From a bacterium (GTDB taxonomy: Bacteria > SZUA-182 > DTGQ01 > JAFGSM01), in contig JBLIRN010000072.1 of the NCBI GenBank assembly GCA_049472315.1, forward strand, positions 1 through 13,776: a stretch of DNA of 13,776 nucleotides, written 5' to 3'. A program made the position numbers and the translations under genes. Shown piece after piece: positions 7,675-13,776 of the stretch. The notes under the pieces were generated by a model. It was not told the origin of the DNA, did not search any database, and saw nothing but the letters and a program-made list of their open reading frames with translations. Position 1 is the stretch's first letter. Every line of letters starts with the position of its first letter.

Positions 7675-7712
7675 ATCCACCGTTGTGATCGAAAGATCAT
7701 GGATGTTTTTTT
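7675..7712 (+). terminator. GAAA-capped hairpin with T7 tract, terminator-like on the + strand
   Basis: TGATC-GAAA-GATCA (7686-7699) is extended by ATCCA 7675-7679 pairing with TGGAT 7700-7704, then GTTTTTTT. The orientation is opposite to both flanking genes. Confidence 0.35.
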
Positions 7713-7900
7713 AACGTCTTGCTTTTTAGAAATCACAATGCCGCAGAACTCAACAAAAATCCGATGAGAGAGTCCCGTTATGCGGCATCAGCCTATGTTA
7801 GGCCATCCGCGAGAGTAATGGAGGGGATACATGCAGGAGCGGTACGTTCAGCAGCGACGAGGACGGACCGGTTCAGCGCAGGGTCTTGCTATTGATATCC

Positions 7901-8680
7901 TTAATCCTTATGTGCGGTTACGATCATCCGGTTGGTCATGCACCCGAAGTCCCCTTCGCGTGCTCGATTCATAAAGCCCTTGGTGCACTCTATCGAGGAA
8001 AATCCCGCTGATCGCAGCAGGTCTGAAATTTTCTTCCCGGTATACAGGCGGGTGCAGTAGGTACTGGTGCGCACGCACCCCTTGCGTTCGGACATGACCA
8101 TTTCCCGGCTGTAGATGATGTCATCCCCCAATATCCGCTCACGGGTGACAGTGATGTCCGCGTTGACCCTGTGGCTGGAGAAGGGCTTGAAGTTGCGCAC
8201 CACATGGTCCCGGTCAGGAAGATCCAGCAGCACCATCCCCTTGGGCTCGAGCAGCCGAAAGGCCTCCGTGAGGAGCCTTCCGTTTTCATCGTCATACATA
8301 AAGTATCCAAAGGAACTGGCCATGATGATGATGTGCCGGAAGCTCTGTGCAGACAACCCGGGGTTCCTCGCATCAGCCTGAATGAAACGGGTCTCGAGAT
8401 TTTCCTGCCTGGCCCTCCTTTTCCCCAGGTCCACCAGGCAGCGTGAATAGTCGAGCACGGTGACGTTCATGAACCCGCGCCTGGACAGCTCAAGGGAATG
8501 CCTCCCCTGCCCTCCGCACAGATCCAGGATGGGTGCATCCCTTTCCGGTTTCAGGGCCTGGATGAGAAAATCGACCTCTTGTGCGGTCAATGCGTCGTTA
8601 CACACGGATCGGGCATCGGTCAGGAGATAGACCTCATCGAAAAGGTCCTTCCACCAATTCTCATCCACGTGTATGGTCAT
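7901..8680 (-). CDS. Class I SAM-dependent methyltransferase (259 aa)
   Basis: ATG at 8680 (MTIHVDENWW...) with RBS AGGAG at the end of the upstream gene. Motif I ILDLCGGQGRH, then VLDYS, FIQADAR, SSFGYF and LLEPKGMVLLD. The ORF-track extension to 8866 overlaps the upstream gene and is not used. Confidence 0.92.
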   Translation of the reverse strand: MTIHVDENWWKDLFDEVYLLTDARSVCNDALTAQEVDFLIQALKPERDAPILDLCGGQGRHSLELSRRGFMNVTVLDYSRCLVDLGKRRARQENLETRFIQADARNPGLSAQSFRHIIIMASSFGYFMYDDENGRLLTEAFRLLEPKGMVLLDLPDRDHVVRNFKPFSSHRVNADITVTRERILGDDIIYSREMVMSERKGCVRTSTYCTRLYTGKKISDLLRSAGFSSIECTKGFMNRAREGDFGCMTNRMIVTAHKD

Positions 8681-8687
8681 CCCATGT

Positions 8688-10079
8688 TCATCTCCTGTGC
8701 GCGCCGAAGCTGAAGAGCCCATCCGAGGCGAAGATGGCCGAAGAGCCTCCCCAGGGCTGGGAGCGAATGATCGCAAGCTCCTCGGGTTCGATGCCGACGA
8801 TGACCCCCAGGTCGCCGGACAGCCACATTCCCTCCATGGTGAGACAGTCGGACCAGATGCCCGCACAGTAGGCCTCCAGGGCCTCCATCTGACCGGAGGT
8901 GATCAACCGTGGCCGGAGGGCCATCTTGATGGGACCCAGAAGATAGGTGAACCGATGATCCATCGACATCTTCATCTGGTGCTCCACCGCCTCCAGCACG
9001 TCGCCGAAGTCCATGGCAAGGATCGCATCGTTGATCCGCTGCGTGGCATCACCCACGTCCATGTCCGAGCGGAGCACCCCCAGCGGCTGCACCCCGCCCC
9101 CGCTTCCCACATTGGTCGGAACCCCCCCATATCGTCCGAGAAAACCGAACAGGCCGTGTCCACCGAAAAGGCAGCGGAAGTCCGTCTGAAAGGAGGCCTC
9201 TTTGACGGTCCGGGTCGCCATATCGAGCTCCGGGAGCATCTCCGACCACAGATTCAGCGGGATCTTTTCCTGTACGATATAGTCGCCCTGCCGCAGCGCC
9301 CGTTCGATGATATCGTCGATATCATGGTGAATCCCCCCCACGCATACCCCCTTGCCGGAATAGCCGCGCTCGGGCTTGAGCACCAGCCCCTCCCAGTGTG
9401 AACGGGTCCATTCGACCAGGTCCGGGACCTCTTCCCCGTGAGGTCCACAGGTCCTTCGGGGATAGAACTGTCGCGTCCAGGGGGTCCGTTGAATGGTCCC
9501 CTGGTGAAAACGGCCTGCATTGCGAGGATCGGTGATCACCTCGAACATGCTCTTGGCATTGATCGGCTCGGTGCCCCGCGGATTGATGACCCTCCCCTCA
9601 CGAACGGCCTGGAGCAAAGGGGTCAGGTTGTGCCTGCGGTGCAGATCGAGGAGCACGTCCGTATTGAAGTCCATGAAGATAATGGATACCGGTTGCCCCT
9701 TCCAGGAAACGCACCCGTTTTGAAGCTCGAGCTCATGCGGCGCCATGAGGGCGCCGGAGAGCCCTTCAACGGCGTTGAGGTGGACGACGAGGTTGCTGTT
9801 TTCCACCACCACCTCCAGGGTCTCCTCTTCGGCAACCACGGCGATCAAGCCCGGGCCGGAGCCCTCCCGCGACCGGTGCGCCTCCTGCAGCATGGCCACG
9901 AACCCGTTCACCGGATGGAGGAAGGGATGGTCGAAATCAATGTCTATATCGATGGCTCGTTTTCGAAAGAGTCGCTCCCACACCGCCTTGCCGATTGTCT
10001 GGGTGATCCGTTGATAGTCCCAGCCACCCGGACTTCCAAGGTTCCATTCCGAATGATATCCCCAAAACCGCTCCGCCAT
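8688..10079 (-). CDS. ATP-grasp amidoligase related to circularly permuted (glutathionylspermidine-synthetase-like) ligases (463 aa)
   Basis: Motifs EWNLGSPGG, VINP...KSMFEVITD, PWTR, LVLKPERGYSGKGV, YIVQEKI, TNVGSGGG, LRPR and FASDG. The start overlaps the upstream stop (TGATG). Confidence 0.8.
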   Translation of the reverse strand: MAERFWGYHSEWNLGSPGGWDYQRITQTIGKAVWERLFRKRAIDIDIDFDHPFLHPVNGFVAMLQEAHRSREGSGPGLIAVVAEEETLEVVVENSNLVVHLNAVEGLSGALMAPHELELQNGCVSWKGQPVSIIFMDFNTDVLLDLHRRHNLTPLLQAVREGRVINPRGTEPINAKSMFEVITDPRNAGRFHQGTIQRTPWTRQFYPRRTCGPHGEEVPDLVEWTRSHWEGLVLKPERGYSGKGVCVGGIHHDIDDIIERALRQGDYIVQEKIPLNLWSEMLPELDMATRTVKEASFQTDFRCLFGGHGLFGFLGRYGGVPTNVGSGGGVQPLGVLRSDMDVGDATQRINDAILAMDFGDVLEAVEHQMKMSMDHRFTYLLGPIKMALRPRLITSGQMEALEAYCAGIWSDCLTMEGMWLSGDLGVIVGIEPEELAIIRSQPWGGSSAIFASDGLFSFGAHRR

Positions 10080-11668
10080 CAGGTCCCCTTTCCTGCGAGT
10101 ATCCCTACAAGGTCGTCAAAACCGATCTCTCCCTGCACCAAGACCCTCCCGGCAAATCCCTGTATGTCGTCGCCCCCATACCGGTCGCACAGGTCCAGAA
10201 ACCTGCGCAATCCCATGGTGTAGGACAACTGGTATCCCGGGTTCAACGGATAGCGACGAGCGGACGACATGGCCTGTTCCCTGCCGATCCCCGTCTCCAT
10301 AAGGCACTGCGCAGCCCCCTCCATATCCATACCTCCGGTCTGAAGACCGATGTCCACCTTGCCCCGTATCGCCCGCCAGAGCCTCCGCTTGGCAAGCAGG
10401 AATCGATCCGCGGACCCCGAGAAATACCCGGTGCGTCTCAGGATCTCCTCGGCAAAGCATGCCCACCCCTCATAGAAGATGGGCCGCTCAACGGGCCTCC
10501 GGCAGGACCGGGCCAGGCCCCATCGTGATGCATCCAGAAGGTGATGCCCGGGATAGGTTTCATGGGCGGCAAGCATCCTGTATTCACGGTGATACCTTCG
10601 CCGTGTCTCGTCCGGCCCCTGGTCTTCGAAGATGTAGAATATCCCCTGCGAGGGGGGATGACCGGGCGATATGCTGTAGCTTGGGGCCGTGCGAATCGCC
10701 GAAACATAGGGTGGCATGGGCAGGACACGGACCGGGCAGGATGAGCCTGGGCCTTTCGGGATCAATCCATGTCCCCGGCAGTGATCGGCAAGCCTCCGTA
10801 CCTCACGTGTATACAGGCCGATCACCCCCTGCTCCCCGATCTCAGGCCCAGGAATGCCATCGAGTGCCTCCCTCCACAGGGGATCGGAACGCCCCTTCCT
10901 ATCAGGGACCAGACGCCCGGCCTCCCCTTCCAGCACCTGCCGCATCTCCTCGATTTCCTCATCCAGGGTGCGGGTGACCTCCTGCATGTCCATGTCGCAA
11001 TGGATGTGAAACCGGATGATACGCTCCACCATGGCAGGGGGCAGGAGAAACCCCTGGCGGGTCGACGCACCCTTGAGCGCGTGCTCGAACCGGTCAAGGG
11101 CATTGATGCCCGGTCCTATCTCGGGGATCGTTTCCTTCAGGAAAAGGAGGTAGTTCCGGGTGTCCTCCACCATCTCCAGGCCGAGGTCGCGAAAGTGCAC
11201 CGGCACATCGGCGAGGTTCTCCCCCGTCTGATCAAGAAACGCGGGCAGTCCCGTGGCCCGCCCGTGTTTGGCGTCCGGATCATCCGAGGCCATGGCCTCG
11301 GCAAGCCCCATGCAGACAAGGGTGAGGGGAACCGTGGGCTGGGTTTGCCAGGTCCTGACCTCTGATACCTGCTCCCTGAGGGTACGGGCGAACCCGGTGA
11401 GAAGGTTGAGGTCAATCCGGGCATCCGCGTCCAGGGAACCATCGGCGGCACATCGAGCAAGGGCTTCCTCCCAGGCCGAGAGATTGCCGGCGAGCTCCGC
11501 CACCCCCTGCGGGGAGAAGCGGTCCCAGACCTCCCAGTCAAGATCGGAAGGACGCAGTTGCGGGAAATAGTAAAACTCGTCGCTTGCGCAGGAAACAGGG
11601 AAGTCACGCGCAATGGCCTCGAACATGTCCCGAGCGAGCGCCTCCACCGACGATGCACTATTCTCCAT
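10079..11668 (-). CDS. DUF885 family protein, putative metallopeptidase or amidohydrolase without a signal peptide (529 aa)
   Basis: Motifs AHETYPGHH, FYEGWACFAEE, LWRAIRGKVDIGL and RYPLNPGYQLSYTMG. Probable ATG at 11668 (MENSASS) after AAGGGG, overlapping the upstream gene by 11 nt. Confidence 0.88.
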   Translation of the reverse strand: MENSASSVEALARDMFEAIARDFPVSCASDEFYYFPQLRPSDLDWEVWDRFSPQGVAELAGNLSAWEEALARCAADGSLDADARIDLNLLTGFARTLREQVSEVRTWQTQPTVPLTLVCMGLAEAMASDDPDAKHGRATGLPAFLDQTGENLADVPVHFRDLGLEMVEDTRNYLLFLKETIPEIGPGINALDRFEHALKGASTRQGFLLPPAMVERIIRFHIHCDMDMQEVTRTLDEEIEEMRQVLEGEAGRLVPDRKGRSDPLWREALDGIPGPEIGEQGVIGLYTREVRRLADHCRGHGLIPKGPGSSCPVRVLPMPPYVSAIRTAPSYSISPGHPPSQGIFYIFEDQGPDETRRRYHREYRMLAAHETYPGHHLLDASRWGLARSCRRPVERPIFYEGWACFAEEILRRTGYFSGSADRFLLAKRRLWRAIRGKVDIGLQTGGMDMEGAAQCLMETGIGREQAMSSARRYPLNPGYQLSYTMGLRRFLDLCDRYGGDDIQGFAGRVLVQGEIGFDDLVGILAGKGT

Positions 11669-12935
11669 CAGGGGCGCCCTTTTTGGTATCCTGCCCCTCA
11701 ATATGGCCGTCGATACGGTCCACGGACGGCTTGCCCGAGAGGGTGGTCAGGATCTGGCTGCTCACCGGAGGGCATCCGGGTATGAAGATGCCGCAGTCCC
11801 GGTGCAGTACCGTGCAATTGCCGATGCAGAGGGTGCCCTCCGGCAGGCTTTCATGCCCCTTGCCGATGGCGATGCATATGCCCCTGTCCTGCGGGAAATA
11901 GTCGGCAAGCCGGTCTCCATAATGCTTCAGGAACAAGAGGAGCGTCGACTGGCATGCGCTGCAGGAATTCTTGTCCAGGATGGTGATGCCGGGAAATTCA
12001 ATGGAAAGATGCTCAGGGGGCGGTGAAAACGGGGATATCCATTGCCGCCAGTCCTCAGGTATGACCAGCATGGCATCGGGATCGATCACCCCGTACCCGC
12101 GGCCCGCGCCGATGCGAAGGTGCGGTATCCTCTCCGCCTGTGTGCCCATCAACCTGCACGCTATTGAATCCGCTGCATAGGCGTCAGCCCCCGCCACGAT
12201 GACATCGAACGGCTTGGCCTGACCGGCGCTCGGGCCGAGCCCCTCCATGCCCACGGTGCCGTCGATGATCGCAAGGTGCGGCCGAAGTACCGAGGACATG
12301 TCGGCGATCGCGATATCGATCGGCTTGTCGTCACACCCCTCCACCGGGGGGAGCATATGGAGTTGAACCTTGCTCCGGCGCCACAGGCACCCCTTCATGT
12401 TTTTCACGGCAAGGGTCACCCCGGTGTGCATGTGCATCTTCATGACAGGCACGGACACCACAATATCGTATTCGAGCAACTCCGGGCAGACCTTAAGGGA
12501 CTTGATGGCGCGCCCGTCAGGAATTCGGACCTCCACAAAGTGATGCACATCCAGGTCAATGAGACGGCACCCGCGCTCCCGCGCGATCTGGGCGACCCCC
12601 ATGCAATCGAAGGCATCGAGCGCCGTTACCCCCACGATAGGGCTCTCCCCCACCGCCACCTCCGCGCCTGCCTCCATGAATGCATCGATGGCAGCGGCGA
12701 TCACCTGCGGATGGGTGGTGATCCCCGAGCGGGGGGGCGCGACCCGGCCGGCATTGGGCTTGAGCAGGACCCGTTTCCCCCGGGCAGGGGAAAGATCCAT
12801 CCGGGCCAGCACCGCCCTGGTGTTTGCATACGGCCCCTGCCCTGCGGCAACATACACCGCCAGCCGGTTAGGCGACTGCCGAAATGGGCCATCCGTGAGG
12901 CCGATCGATGCCATCGGTTTTCCCTGGTCAATCAT
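11658..12935 (-). CDS. DUF362 domain protein with a C-terminal Cys-rich, probable Fe-S-binding, domain (425 aa)
   Basis: DUF362 motifs VLLKPN, TTHP, VGES, PVMKMH..TGVTLAVKNMKG, IDGTVGMEGLGP and ADSIACRLMG. C-terminal CSAC...IGNC...IPGCPP. Confidence 0.9.
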   Translation of the reverse strand: MIDQGKPMASIGLTDGPFRQSPNRLAVYVAAGQGPYANTRAVLARMDLSPARGKRVLLKPNAGRVAPPRSGITTHPQVIAAAIDAFMEAGAEVAVGESPIVGVTALDAFDCMGVAQIARERGCRLIDLDVHHFVEVRIPDGRAIKSLKVCPELLEYDIVVSVPVMKMHMHTGVTLAVKNMKGCLWRRSKVQLHMLPPVEGCDDKPIDIAIADMSSVLRPHLAIIDGTVGMEGLGPSAGQAKPFDVIVAGADAYAADSIACRLMGTQAERIPHLRIGAGRGYGVIDPDAMLVIPEDWRQWISPFSPPPEHLSIEFPGITILDKNSCSACQSTLLLFLKHYGDRLADYFPQDRGICIAIGKGHESLPEGTLCIGNCTVLHRDCGIFIPGCPPVSSQILTTLSGKPSVDRIDGHIEGQDTKKGAPDGE

Positions 12936-12986
12936 CGTGATACCCTTTGATGTCCATATCTTGTGATGTTCGTGTGAACCATCCCA

Positions 12987-12995
12987 AGTTTACCA
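12987..12995 (-). promoter_or_regulatory. Candidate extended -10 promoter for the DUF362 operon
   Basis: Minus strand TGgTAAACT (TGn + -10), about 50 nt upstream of ATG 12935, with AT-rich upstream DNA and no good -35. Confidence 0.35.
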
Positions 12996-13320
12996 GGAAT
13001 TACCTTTAAATAAAAGCAGTTCATCATATTCCGGCACTCCAGCCTCAGACCCCCGTGATGATCGACAGGCGTAACAAAATTTTTTCATTGCATCACCCCC
13101 ATCCGCGCACATCCTCATTCGGCAGTCCATCATTACGGGAATTCACATCCATTGGACCTTGAACACCACGCAATGTTTCAATCCTCATGCTCACAGGACT
13201 TCAATATATCATGATAATCAATGTCTGCATATCCTCGATACTATTCTCCCATGCGATCATATCGTGAAAACGCATGCTCCAATAGATGCTTTAACGTGCC
13301 CATGGGGAAAACCACACCAT

Positions 13321-13349
13321 TTGACAAGAGGTGAGTTACACGATATTCT
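13321..13349 (+). promoter_or_regulatory. Candidate sigma70 promoter pointing to the gene at the right edge
   Basis: TTGACA (13321-13326), 17-nt spacer, TATTCT (13344-13349). A second candidate TTGCCT-N16-TAGAAT lies at 13554-13581. Confidence 0.45.
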
Positions 13350-13714
13350 TATATTAGGTATAGATCTAATAATAAAAAATCCCTGTTCCAAACAATTTGA
13401 CAGTGGAGCATTGTGCAATAACCAAAAAAGAGCGCATACTCATTTGCTTTTCAAACAGCGATTCTCGTTATTTTGATCTTCTGTAACACATTGACATTGT
13501 AGCCTTTACTAACAATCGTTCATTGATAGTAAAATCTTCATTTTTCCCGTTGATTGCCTGATTTTTTTAGCATCATAGAATTATTTATAAAAGATATTAT
13601 AAAAAATAATGATCCGGTTTTAAGGAATCGTAAGAGAGGCGCAAGGGGAGGTGATGAAACTGCTTGACATATAATTCGTTGACCTTCTTTACGCAATTTT
13701 TCGGGATAGAGAGG

Positions 13715-13739
13715 AAAAATCCTGAAGAGGAGGATTTTT
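13715..13739. promoter_or_regulatory. Perfect 9-bp inverted repeat just upstream of the next gene's RBS (operator or leader hairpin)
   Basis: AAAAATCCT-gaagagg-AGGATTTTT. Confidence 0.45.
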
Positions 13740-13761
13740 GGTTAAGAGGAGGGAGAATACT

Positions 13762-13776
13762 ATGAGCAGGAGCATT
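13762..13776 (+). CDS. Start of a downstream gene (MSRSI..., truncated by the window edge)
   Basis: Strong RBS GAGGAGGGAG (13746-13755) precedes ATG 13762. Only five codons are visible, so the product cannot be called. Confidence 0.55.

Noticed and set aside
7842..7885. CGTTCA...GACGGA resembling a glutamine (glnA) riboswitch
   Set aside because: The AGTA and GAAGGAACG elements are absent, and there is no downstream + strand gene.
8688..12935. Selenocysteine or read-through recoding at TGA stops in the operon
   Set aside because: The TGA stops fall at natural domain ends with downstream genes in other frames, and the DUF362 metal motifs use ordinary Cys codons.
122..12966. Many long antisense or alternate-frame ORFs (e.g. 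122..733, 4858..5604, 6937..7533, 8673..9401, 9438..10223, 12276..12950)
   Set aside because: They fully overlap well-supported genes, show no recognisable motifs, and are expected shadows of GC-rich coding DNA.
13277..13293. Possible sigma54 promoter on the - strand (TGGGCACGTTAAAGCA)
   Set aside because: With GGCAC in register the GG-GC spacing is 9 rather than 10, and the TTGC element is absent.
13159..13476. 105-aa ORF in the right intergenic region
   Set aside because: TTG start without a convincing RBS, AT-rich atypical codons, no motifs, and it contains a good promoter candidate.

Overview
A 13.8-kb bacterial window, probably from an anaerobic Desulfobacterota-like organism (inferred from gene content and style, not proven). 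The left half (+ strand) is a signalling cluster: a 5'-truncated Rcp1-like receiver, a REC-PAS-PAS histidine kinase, three closely related receiver paralogues (one fused to a degenerate CheB-type receiver) and a membrane-bound HD-GYP phosphodiesterase. Next is an E. coli-type speD with its own near-consensus sigma70 promoter and a structured leader of about 120 nt. A membrane-anchored PilZ gene converges on speD. The right half (- strand) is a tightly coupled four-gene operon: DUF362 with a C-terminal NuoB-like Cys motif, a DUF885 metallopeptidase-like protein without a signal peptide, an ATP-grasp amidoligase and a class I SAM methyltransferase. The ligase appears to be circularly permuted at a different point from the known CP-ATP-grasp family: its ExN strand is at the extreme N-terminus and its catalytic Asp strand at the extreme C-terminus. 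This operon is the best candidate for an undescribed amide-forming or peptide-modifying system. The window ends in an AT-rich divergent promoter region and the first five codons of the next gene. No rRNA, tRNA, CRISPR array or mobile element was recognised.
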